DNA of 64,000 nt from Candidatus Eiseniibacteriota bacterium (GTDB lineage: Bacteria; Eisenbacteria; RBG-16-71-46; CAZAMP01). Within the stretch, counting starts at the first letter, position 1, and each line of letters opens with the position of its first letter. A model generated the notes under the pieces. The model was given only the letters and a program-made list of their open reading frames with translations, had not been told where the DNA came from and searched no databases. Made by a program: the position numbers and the translations under genes. Shown here one piece after another: positions 18,493 through 26,825 of this stretch. Where the stretch lies: positions 4,736,001-4,800,000 of the forward strand of contig OZ245046.1 in the NCBI GenBank assembly GCA_965224245.1, given 5' to 3'.

Positions 18493-19781
18493 GCGTTCGC
18501 CACCACTTCCGAGAGAGAGGTCCGGATGATGTCGAGGCCCTCGTCGAGGATCGCGTCGGGGGCCGTGAGCGGTACCAGCATCCGGAGCACGTTGCCGTGG
18601 ATGCCGCAGGAGAGCAGCACGAGCCCGTGCTCCAGCGCTTGCGCCGCGACCGCGCGCGCGAGGTCGGGGGCGGGCGTTCGAGCGGCGGCGTCGGATACCA
18701 GCTCGATCGCGCACATTGCGCCCAGTCCACGCACGTCGCCGATGCAGTCGAAGCCGTCCTGGGTGCGCATCCGCTCGAACGCGGCGGTGAGTCGATCGCC
18801 GATCGCCTCCGCGCGCGCGAGCAGGTGCTCCTCGTCGATGATGTCCAGCACCGCCAGCGCCGCCGCACAGGCCACCGGGTTGCCGCCGTATGTGCCCCCG
18901 AGACCGCCCGAATGGGGCGCGTCCATGATCGACGCGGTTCCGATGACGCCCGAGAGCGGGAGCCCGGCGGCCAGGCTCTTGGCGACCGTGATCAGATCGG
19001 GCACGACGCCCGCGTGCTCGATCGCGAACAGTCGCCCGGTGCGCGCGAACCCGCTCTGCACCTCGTCGGCCACGAAGACGATCCCGTGGGTGTCACACAG
19101 CTCGCGCAGCCGCCGGAGGAAGCTCGGGGGCGCCACGTAGAACCCCCCCTCGCCCAGGACCGGCTCGATGACGATCGCGGCGACTCGCTCGGGCTCGATG
19201 TCGACCTTGAAGAGCTGCTCGATCGCACCAAAGACGTGCTCCTCGTCGACACCGTGGTACGCGATCGGAAACGGCACGTGATGGACGTCGCCGGGAAACG
19301 GCCCAAAACCGATCTTGTACGGGGCCACCTTGCCCGTCATGGCCAGCGTCAGGAGCGTGCGCCCGTGGAACCCGCCTCCGAACGTGATCACACCCGGCCG
19401 GCCCGTGTGGGCACGCGCGATCTTGACCGCGTTCTCGACCGCCTCGGCCCCGGTCGAGAAGAAGGCCGTCTTCCGGGGCACGTCGCCGGGCGCCAGGGCG
19501 TTCAGGCGCTCGGCGAGGGCGACGTACGGCTCGTACGGCATCACCTGGAAGCTCGTGTGCGTGTACCGGCGCATCTGGCTCTCGACCGCGGCCACGACCT
19601 TCGGGTGCGAGTGCCCCACGTTGAGCACCGCGATGCCGCCGGCGAAGTCGACGTAGCGCCGGCCCTCGACGTCCCAGATCTCGGCGTTCAGGGCGCGATC
19701 GGGGAAGATCATCCCGGCGTGCGCGACACCGCGCGGTATGGCCTCGCGGCGGCGTGTGGTCAGGTCGACATCTCGGCTCAC
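18489..19781 (-). CDS. gabT: 4-aminobutyrate aminotransferase (class III)
   Basis: DFAGGIAVLNVGHSHP, STGAEAVENAVK, FHGRT, EPVLGEGG, DEVQSGFART, AKSLAAG, GGTYGGNP. Start GTG 19781 is an estimate. Confidence 0.88.
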   Translation of the reverse strand: MSRDVDLTTRRREAIPRGVAHAGMIFPDRALNAEIWDVEGRRYVDFAGGIAVLNVGHSHPKVVAAVESQMRRYTHTSFQVMPYEPYVALAERLNALAPGDVPRKTAFFSTGAEAVENAVKIARAHTGRPGVITFGGGFHGRTLLTLAMTGKVAPYKIGFGPFPGDVHHVPFPIAYHGVDEEHVFGAIEQLFKVDIEPERVAAIVIEPVLGEGGFYVAPPSFLRRLRELCDTHGIVFVADEVQSGFARTGRLFAIEHAGVVPDLITVAKSLAAGLPLSGVIGTASIMDAPHSGGLGGTYGGNPVACAAALAVLDIIDEEHLLARAEAIGDRLTAAFERMRTQDGFDCIGDVRGLGAMCAIELVSDAAARTPAPDLARAVAAQALEHGLVLLSCGIHGNVLRMLVPLTAPDAILDEGLDIIRTSLSEVVANA

Positions 19782-20097
19782 GGGTGCCCTTTCATTCGCA
19801 TCGGCGTCGGCTGCGTGTCGGGGGTGGTTGGCGCCGAGCGCTCGGTCGGCCATGCTCGGGGTTCGGCTCTCGTTCGGTCGCTCGTCCGGGACGACATAGC
19901 CTAGCGTCTATCCGCGGCGGACGCCAGTGGGCGGCGCGCCGGGAGGTGGACGTTCGGAGATGTGGCAATTGGGGCGTTTCCCCGACGTCCAACCGTGGTA
20001 CAAGCGTTCCCGGTCGATGGTTTCAACGTTCTGTCCGAGCCACGGGGCCCCGGCGCTCCGATGACGCCCGGATCGCACCCGATCGAGGAGCCCCCCG

Positions 20098-20925
20098 ATG
20101 CCACCCCGCTCCGAGAGCCGAACGCTCGCGGTCTTCGTCGACTTCGAGAACCTCGCGCTCGCGTTCAAGGACGACCGCCGCGTGTCGTTCGACATCAATC
20201 GCGTTCTCGACCGCTTGCTCGAGAAGGGCAACGTCGTCGTCCGGAAGGCCTACGCCGACTGGAGCCGGTTTCGTCACTACACCCAGTCCATGCACGAGGC
20301 CGGCTTCGAGCTGCAGGAGATTCCCAAGCGCTCGATGACCGGGAAGAACTCGGCCGACATCCGACTCGTCGTGGACGCGCTGGACCTCGGCTATGGAAAG
20401 GAGCACATCGACACGTTCGTGATCGTGTCCGGCGACAGCGACTTCTCCCCGCTCGTGGCCAAGCTCCGCGAGAACGGGAAGATCGTCATCGGGCTGGGCA
20501 TGCGCGACTCCACCTCGCAGCTCCTGGCCGATCACTGCGACGAGTTCCTGTTCTACGACGACCTCGAGGGCGAGAAGGACAAGGAGACCGTGGAGACGCC
20601 GTCGTCCATCCCGTCCGAGAAGCGCGATGCCTGGCAGCTCCTGTTCGAGACGATCCGCGCGCTCCAGCGCGAGGGTGAGACCGCCCACTCGTCGCGCATC
20701 AAGGACACGATGAAGCGGAAGCGCCCGTCGTTCAGCGAGTCGGCGTACGGATACCGATCGTTCACCGAGCTCCTGGAGGACGCCCAGGCCGCCGGCTTCA
20801 TCGAGCTGGACGTGGACGAGCGCAGCGGAACCTACAAGGTGACGAAGATGCGAAGCTCGCGCCGCCGGCGCGTCTCGAGCGCGCGCTCGCGCAAGAAGAC
20901 CAAGCGAAAGACGGCGGCGACCTGA
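20098..20925 (+). CDS. NYN (LabA/DUF88, PIN-like) protein with C-terminal OST-HTH/LOTUS domain
   Basis: VFVDFEN, GKNSADI, VSGDSDFSPL, CDEF; PSFSESAYGYRSFTELLE; basic tail. Confidence 0.9.
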   Translation: MPPRSESRTLAVFVDFENLALAFKDDRRVSFDINRVLDRLLEKGNVVVRKAYADWSRFRHYTQSMHEAGFELQEIPKRSMTGKNSADIRLVVDALDLGYGKEHIDTFVIVSGDSDFSPLVAKLRENGKIVIGLGMRDSTSQLLADHCDEFLFYDDLEGEKDKETVETPSSIPSEKRDAWQLLFETIRALQREGETAHSSRIKDTMKRKRPSFSESAYGYRSFTELLEDAQAAGFIELDVDERSGTYKVTKMRSSRRRRVSSARSRKKTKRKTAAT

Positions 20926-20958
20926 TCGGCGGTCGCCGCGTCGGGCTCGGATACGGCG

Positions 20959-21780
20959 TCAGTTGCCGTTGTAGCCGAACTCGCGCGTGAGGAGCATGCG
21001 CTTCCAGTGGCTCTCGCGCTGGAAGACGCCCTCGCGGTCGGTGTGGGTGTCGGCGATCTCGAGGATCGCGTACCGAAACCCCTTGGCGCGATCCTCGCCG
21101 TGCTCTCGCAGAACGCGCCGGAGCTCGACGTTGCCGCCGTGCCCGGTGGCCGCGTAGGCGCTCCAGCGCCCCCAGATTCCGGCGTCGCCGTACGCGCTGC
21201 CGACGTAGGCCTTCCCGTTCGCGGTGTCGGTGATCAGATAGACCCCGGCCACGGACGACAGCGCGGCCCGCCACGACGGGACCCGCTGGCTCACGATCAG
21301 GTCGAGCGTCGGCTTGTCGACGACCACGTTCGAGTACCCGGGGAACTCGCACACGGAGAGACGCTCGGACCGGAGCTCCACGACCTCCATCGACGAGACC
21401 CAGGGCTCGGCGTTGAGATACGGCTGCCGTCCGGGGCGCGCGAACGCCACGATCGCGCGCCCGACGAGCGCCTGACAGCTCTCGAGCGGCGCCAGCTCGT
21501 ACCGGATCGCGTACGCGGCGGACCCGTCGGTCTCGTGGCATCCCTCCGACCGATAGGCGCCCGCGAAGAGCCACGCTCCGGGGGCGGACAGCTTGATCAG
21601 GGAGATCACGTACTGGCGCTCGAAGTTGCGGCGGGTCTGACGGGATTGCCAGGCGTCGAAGTCCCCGGCGAGGAACACGTCGAGCGGGTTCTCGACCCCG
21701 TTGCCGGTGGCGAGGTGGATCTTGCACGCCGACGGCTCCAGCGACGGCTCGGCGAGGCGGATGATGTCGAAGAGCTGCAT
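20959..21780 (-). CDS. GIY-YIG nuclease family protein
   Basis: GVYLITDTANGKAYVGSAYG...GRW...ILE...RESHWK...GYNGN. Confidence 0.85.
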   Translation of the reverse strand: MQLFDIIRLAEPSLEPSACKIHLATGNGVENPLDVFLAGDFDAWQSRQTRRNFERQYVISLIKLSAPGAWLFAGAYRSEGCHETDGSAAYAIRYELAPLESCQALVGRAIVAFARPGRQPYLNAEPWVSSMEVVELRSERLSVCEFPGYSNVVVDKPTLDLIVSQRVPSWRAALSSVAGVYLITDTANGKAYVGSAYGDAGIWGRWSAYAATGHGGNVELRRVLREHGEDRAKGFRYAILEIADTHTDREGVFQRESHWKRMLLTREFGYNGN

Positions 21781-22049
21781 CGGAGCCGTCCGGCGTTCGG
21801 TTGACGGTCGTCGTCGCGACGCGCGATCCACGGTGGCGACGATTCATTCTCATTCTCGACGCGTCTCCGGCGCCGGCTCGCATCTCAGACGGTCGGCGGC
21901 CGAGATCGGCCGCGTACGGTGAGGCTGGGTGGTGCCCGCCGAGCTGCCGATTCGTGTCACTACGGACGACGGCCGCCGGGGTCCTTCCCGGCGGCTCACA
22001 CGGACGCGCTGGCGTGCAGTTCACGCGCTCGACGACCCGCGGAGGCATC

Positions 22050-22781
22050 ATGAGCCGCATCGCGATCGGCCACGGAAGTGAATGGCACCTCATGCGACAC
22101 CTCGCGTACCACCGCGCGACGCTGACGGCCGCGGTCGAGCGCGAGGTCGGGTGTGCCGGCACGCGCTGGCTGGACTTTCCCTACGCTCCGCGTCGGGAGC
22201 TGCTGGACGCCGAGTGGCGCGGCCTCGACTTCCTCGACCCCGATCACCCCGCGCGGACCGCGTGGACGTCCTACTGGCCCCGCACGGGCTCGCCGCAGTG
22301 CTGGGACGCGGTCGGGCTGGCCCGCGCGAGCGGGCGCGACGAGTGGCTGCTCGTGGAGGCGAAGGCGAACGTGGAGGAGCTCGCGAGCCACTGCTGCGCG
22401 AGAGATCCGGGATCGCGCCAGCTCATCGCCGAGGCGTTCGATTCCACGCGGGAGCGCATGGGCGTCTCGTGCGGACCGGACGCGTGGCTGTCACCGTATT
22501 ATCAGTACGCGAATCGGCTGGCCTGCCTCTCGTTCCTGGAGTCTGAGCGGGTGCCGGCCCGGATCGTGAACCTGTGCTTCGTGGGAGATCGTCGAGACCG
22601 GGTGACGTGTCCCAGCTCCGCGGACGAGTGGCGGTCTCACCTCCGCGTGGTGCACGCGCATCTCGGGCTGACCGGTGAGTCGGATCTGGAGGCGCGGGTT
22701 CATCACGTGTTCGTGCCGGTGGCCGGTGAGGAGACGGCCGCTCCCAGGGTGCCCGCGCGGCGCGTGCGGGCGCTGGGGTAG
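22050..22781 (+). CDS. Hypothetical protein with PD-(D/E)xK-like nuclease motif
   Basis: GGAGG RBS before ATG 22050. PQCWDAVG...WLLVEAKAN followed by YYQYANR. Confidence 0.6.
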   Translation: MSRIAIGHGSEWHLMRHLAYHRATLTAAVEREVGCAGTRWLDFPYAPRRELLDAEWRGLDFLDPDHPARTAWTSYWPRTGSPQCWDAVGLARASGRDEWLLVEAKANVEELASHCCARDPGSRQLIAEAFDSTRERMGVSCGPDAWLSPYYQYANRLACLSFLESERVPARIVNLCFVGDRRDRVTCPSSADEWRSHLRVVHAHLGLTGESDLEARVHHVFVPVAGEETAAPRVPARRVRALG

Positions 22782-22868
22782 GCAGCGTCGGCACGCCGCA
22801 CGTCTTCTCGATCCTCGTCCGGTCACGACACCCGGTACCTCGACGGCCTGAGCGCTCGCCCCTGACCC

Positions 22869-23666
22869 TCACTTCTGCACCGCCGGGACCCACGCCGTCG
22901 TCCGCCCCCCGATCGTGTCGAACGCCAGCGCGTCGCCTCCGCGGGTCCTTGCGCCCCGGCGCTTCCCCCACCGCACGTGGAAGAGCCACGTCCGCGGGAA
23001 CCGCTGGTCATCGGCCCCCACGTCGCACGCCTTCCGCACCACGGCCGACAGCCGCGTCCGGAGTCGCCGGATCTCGCCCGGCGCCAGCTCAGAGGCCAGG
23101 CGCCGCGGATCGATCCTCGCCTGGAACAGCACCTCGTCGGCGATCCAGTTCCCGACCCCGGCGAAGAGCGACTGGTCCAGGAGCACCGCTTTGATGGGAG
23201 CGCGTCGCCGGCCGAGCCGCTGGCCCAGCACCGCCGCCGACGGGAGATCGATCATCGGATCGAAGCCGAGCGCGCTGATCGGGGGCTCGCTCGCCGGATC
23301 GTCCCTGAGACGGATCCGTCCCAGTCGACGCTTGTTCGTCATGGCCAGCCGGGTGCCGTCGTCGGTCACGAGCTCGATCTTCCAGAATCGCGGCCGGTCG
23401 CGCGCGGCCCGGTAGATCCGAAGCGACCCGGTCATCCCGAAGTGGAACACCGGCCACGGCCGCCGGTCGAGCTCGAGCCACAGGTGCTTGCCTCGCCGGC
23501 CGCTCCCGACCACGGTCCGGTTCATCAGGGCACGCCGAACGCGAGGTCGGCTGACCGCCTCGTACACGATGGGGTCGTCCGCAACCGCCACGCCGACGAT
23601 CCGCCGTCCCACCAGGTGGTGGGCCGCGAGCCCTCGTGCGGTCTCCACCTCGGGCAGCTCGGGCAT
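22869..23666 (-). CDS. mutM: Fpg/Nei DNA glycosylase, zinc-less finger type
   Basis: MPELPEVE N-terminus, RRGKHL, HFGMTG, LLDQSLFAGVGNWIADEVL (H2TH), C-terminal GGRTTAWVPAVQK with no Cys. Confidence 0.88.
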   Translation of the reverse strand: MPELPEVETARGLAAHHLVGRRIVGVAVADDPIVYEAVSRPRVRRALMNRTVVGSGRRGKHLWLELDRRPWPVFHFGMTGSLRIYRAARDRPRFWKIELVTDDGTRLAMTNKRRLGRIRLRDDPASEPPISALGFDPMIDLPSAAVLGQRLGRRRAPIKAVLLDQSLFAGVGNWIADEVLFQARIDPRRLASELAPGEIRRLRTRLSAVVRKACDVGADDQRFPRTWLFHVRWGKRRGARTRGGDALAFDTIGGRTTAWVPAVQK

Positions 23667-23797
23667 GGAGAACTCCTGTTCGGCAAACGCACGTCGAGAG
23701 CGTGGGCAAGGGGCGCCCGCGGCGTCAAGGCCCGAGCGGGTTCTGCTAGAATGCGCGCACGCACGGCGTCTTTCGCCGACCAGAAGGAGGCGCGGAC

Positions 23798-23914
23798 ATG
23801 TCGAAGGAACGGGACAAGGGCAAGGGTGGCAAGCAGAACAAGCCCAAGCTGACCGCCGCCCAGAAGAAGGAGAAGAAGAAGAAGGAGCGCGAGGAGAAGG
23901 AGCGCAAGAAGTAG
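23798..23914 (+). CDS. 38-aa Lys-rich small protein (not in ORF track)
   Basis: AGAAGGAGG RBS 7 nt before ATG. Translation MSKERDKGKGGKQNKPKLTAAQKKEKKKKEREEKERKK*; all Lys codons are AAG. Confidence 0.7.
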   Translation: MSKERDKGKGGKQNKPKLTAAQKKEKKKKEREEKERKK

Positions 23915-24130
23915 CGCATCCACCCCCGCGAGGAGCCGGCGTTCCGCGTCCACGCGCGTCCGGGTGGTCGTCCGATCGGCTCGGCGCACCGGCGCGGCTC
24001 CCCCGACACAAAGGATCACGACATGGATGACGACGTGTTCACGATGACGGGGGCTCGAGTCGTCGGGCGTGCGAACGCCCGCGCGACCGGCCGCACGAAG
24101 CGGCGCGCTCTCCCCGGGATCACCCGGCGC

Positions 24131-25435
24131 ATGCGGGTCCACGCGATGGCAACCGGTCTCGCCGCTCTCACCGTGGCCGCGCTCACCGCCGGCGCGGCCG
24201 GCGCCGCCGGTGCAGGGGACGCCACCGGCGGACGCGATCTCGGCCGCGGCGGCCCCCTCCAATGGGTGGCCGGCGCGGACACGCCGGGCGACGCACTCGA
24301 CGTGTCCATCGCCGGATCCTACGCGTACGTGGCCGATCGCGAGGGCGGACTCCAGGTCATCGACATCGGCAATCCCGAGGATCCCCAGCTCGTCGGCAAC
24401 ATGGAGACTCCCAGCGAGGCCCTGGACGGTCACGTCAGCGGGGGACACGTCTACGTGGCGACGCGTGCCGACGGCCTCGTCGTGGCCGATCTCTCGACCC
24501 CCACGAGCCCGATGATCGTCGGCAGCGTGCCCACGACGGGCTCGGCCATCGGTCTGGTCGTCTCCGGCCAGTACGCGTACGTGGCCGATCGCGAGTCCGG
24601 ACTCCAGGTCGTCGACGTATCCGATCCGTCTTTTCCCGTCATCGTGGGAACCGCCGACACTCCGTACCGGGCCACCGACGTCGCCGTCGCGGGATCGATC
24701 GCCTACGTGGCCGACGTGCTGGGGGGTCTACAGATCATCGACGTGAGCGTCCCCACGAACCCGATGATCATCGCCGCCGAGCCCACGGTCCGCGCGATCG
24801 GCGTGGCGGTGTCCGATACCGTCGCGTACGTCATCGGCGACGGGCTCCACACCATCGACGTCGGCAATCCGGCGCTGCCGCAGGTGCTCGGGAGCGCGCC
24901 GACGTTCGACGTGGACCCTCGCGATGTCACCGTGGACGGCCGATACGTGTACCTCGTCGACTCGGTCCACGGTCTTCAGGTCGTCGACGTCATCGAACCC
25001 GCGAGCCCGCTGATCTTCGCCGAGCTCGCGACCGACGGCAGCGCATCGGGTGTGGTCATCTCCGATACGTTCGCGTTCGTGGCGGACGGAGAGGCCGGAC
25101 TCGAGGTGATCGACGTGACCCCGCTGACGCTCATCGTGACCGATGGGCCTGGCGGCGCGCCGGGCGCAACGTCGCCGTCGATCGTCGGGACACCGTTCCC
25201 GCGACCGGCCGGCCATCTCGTCACGACGCGACTGCGGCTCGACGCCGCCACCGACGTTCGGGTGACGCTGTACGACGTGGCCGGCCGCCGACTGGAGACG
25301 ATCCTCGACCGGCGGCTTTCCGCCGGCACGCACGCCGTGAAGTGGGCGCGAGGGACGGTGCCGCCCGGCGTATACGTGCTTCGCGTCGATCTCGGCGGGC
25401 GAACCGCCACGCGGCGGGTCGTTCTCGCTCCGTAG
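24131..25435 (+). CDS. Secreted LVIVD-repeat beta-propeller with C-terminal T9SS/FlgD-like sorting domain
   Basis: Repeated YAYVAD..GLQVIDV.P..P units; C-terminal VTLYDVAGRRLETI...GTH.VKW...PPGVYVLRV. Start uncertain (24023-24147). Confidence 0.85.
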   Translation: MRVHAMATGLAALTVAALTAGAAGAAGAGDATGGRDLGRGGPLQWVAGADTPGDALDVSIAGSYAYVADREGGLQVIDIGNPEDPQLVGNMETPSEALDGHVSGGHVYVATRADGLVVADLSTPTSPMIVGSVPTTGSAIGLVVSGQYAYVADRESGLQVVDVSDPSFPVIVGTADTPYRATDVAVAGSIAYVADVLGGLQIIDVSVPTNPMIIAAEPTVRAIGVAVSDTVAYVIGDGLHTIDVGNPALPQVLGSAPTFDVDPRDVTVDGRYVYLVDSVHGLQVVDVIEPASPLIFAELATDGSASGVVISDTFAFVADGEAGLEVIDVTPLTLIVTDGPGGAPGATSPSIVGTPFPRPAGHLVTTRLRLDAATDVRVTLYDVAGRRLETILDRRLSAGTHAVKWARGTVPPGVYVLRVDLGGRTATRRVVLAP

Positions 25436-25489
25436 CGCACCCCGGTCGGTGACGCCACGGGGTGATGTGGCTGGAATCCGCCCCATGCC

Positions 25490-25504
25490 TGGCACCGAAG
25501 ATGC
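25490..25504 (+). promoter_or_regulatory. Putative sigma54 promoter
   Basis: TGGCACC-GAAG-ATGC with GG-N10-GC spacing, about 75 bp before ATG 25579. Confidence 0.5.
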
Positions 25505-25578
25505 TCCATATCCTCCCGGTCGTTTCACGCCTCGACATGACGCTTCCAGCGTTCGATGCGATAACGAGGAGGTACGGG

Positions 25579-26451
25579 ATGAGATCGAGCCAGTTCGCCG
25601 GCGCCCTGCCGAGCGTGCTCGTCGCATGCGCGCTCGTGGCGGGGTGCGGCAACGACGCGACCGGCCCCGGTGAGGCCACCACGGGTCGGGTCGCCCTTCA
25701 CCTGACGGACGCGCCGTTTCCGTTCGACATGGTCGACTCGACCAACGTCGTCCTGGACAGCGTCAGCGTTCACTACGAAGGAGACGACGGCAGCGAGGGG
25801 TTCGTGACCGTGGACCTCGCGTCCCGGGAGATCAACCTCCTGGATCTGCAGAACGGCGTCACCGATTCGCTGACCACCGTCGAGCTTCCCGTGGGAGTGG
25901 TGGACCAGATCCGGCTTCACGTCTCCGACGCGACGATCGTGCTGTCGGACACCCGTGTGTTCCCGCTCGACATTCCGAGCGGCTCCAGCAGCGGAGTGAA
26001 GGCCTTTCCCGAGCCGCCGATCGACGTCGTGGGTGACGCGACGTCGGACCTGCTGCTCGACTTCGACGTGTCGCGGTCGTTCAGTGCGGTCCCGTCGTCT
26101 CCGACCCGGGTCGACGACATCGAGCGCTTCCACTTCCACCCGGTCATCAAGGTGACCAACCTGGAGACCGCGGGATCGATCCGCGGCGTGGCCTGGAACG
26201 ACAACGGGACGCCGTCGGACACGAGCGATGACAGGCGTCTGGAGGCGGTCACGGTCGTCGTCTGGCAGGATGGCGCGGAGGTCACCACCTCGTTCACGAG
26301 GCTGGACGGGTCGTTCGTCGTCCTCGGGCTCAACCCCGGCGCCTACATGCTCGAGGCGTCCGCGCTCGGCTTCGCCAACTCCACGACGCCGGCGACCGTC
26401 ACCTCCGGCAACGACACCGTCGTCAACCTCATGCTCTCCGCCGCGCCGTAG
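25579..26451 (+). CDS. DUF4382 lipoprotein with C-terminal carboxypeptidase-regulatory-like domain
   Basis: GAGGAGG RBS, VAGC lipobox, LTDAP, INLLDLQNG, IPSGSSSGVK, LLDFDVSRSF. Confidence 0.85.
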   Translation: MRSSQFAGALPSVLVACALVAGCGNDATGPGEATTGRVALHLTDAPFPFDMVDSTNVVLDSVSVHYEGDDGSEGFVTVDLASREINLLDLQNGVTDSLTTVELPVGVVDQIRLHVSDATIVLSDTRVFPLDIPSGSSSGVKAFPEPPIDVVGDATSDLLLDFDVSRSFSAVPSSPTRVDDIERFHFHPVIKVTNLETAGSIRGVAWNDNGTPSDTSDDRRLEAVTVVVWQDGAEVTTSFTRLDGSFVVLGLNPGAYMLEASALGFANSTTPATVTSGNDTVVNLMLSAAP

Positions 26452-26474
26452 CGGCACCTCGTCTCCCGCCCCGC

Positions 26475-26508
26475 CCGGGTGATCGACGGCCCGCCGTCGA
26501 TCACCCGG
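26475..26508 (+). terminator. GC-rich hairpin downstream of DUF4382 gene (terminator or RNA-stability element)
   Basis: Perfect 15-bp stem CCGGGTGATCGACGG / CCGTCGATCACCCGG with 4-nt loop; no U-tract. Confidence 0.55.
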
Positions 26509-26716
26509 TGTGCCGGTCTCACACCCGCACCATGCCGACGGCCGATCCCGGCCACGCCGGTCGCGAGGCGAACGGGGATCATGCATGCCCTGCGCGGATT
26601 CGCGATCTGCAATGCCCGCACGGCGGCGTAAACGAGCCCCGGCACCGGTCGACACCCCCCGCCTGGTCAACATAACTCCTTTGTTGAAAATATCTTACGG
26701 CGCGCGCCAGTTTTCG

Positions 26717-26731
26717 TGGCACGACGCGTGC
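26717..26731 (+). promoter_or_regulatory. Putative sigma54 promoter of the Ig-repeat/PorV/TPR/ExbBD/TonB operon
   Basis: TGGCACG-ACGC-GTGC (GG-N10-GC), preceded by an AT-rich tract at 26667-26698 containing TCAACA..TGTTGA (possible IHF or regulator site). Confidence 0.65.
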
Positions 26732-26825
26732 GACATGCGGCGGCCCTGCGAGCGGGTCCAGAACTCAACCTCCGGTGGCCGAGCCCGGTCATCGGATAAA
26801 GAGCCCACTCGGGGAGGAAGACCTC

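Noticed and set aside
20926-22868. Mobile element or restriction-modification system around the nucleases
   Set aside because: No integrase, transposase, terminal repeats, tRNA or methyltransferase seen.
24300-25120. Recurring DNA motifs (TACGCGTACGTGGCCGATCGCGAG)
   Set aside because: Coding LVIVD repeats; no constant repeat/unique spacer pattern, so not CRISPR.
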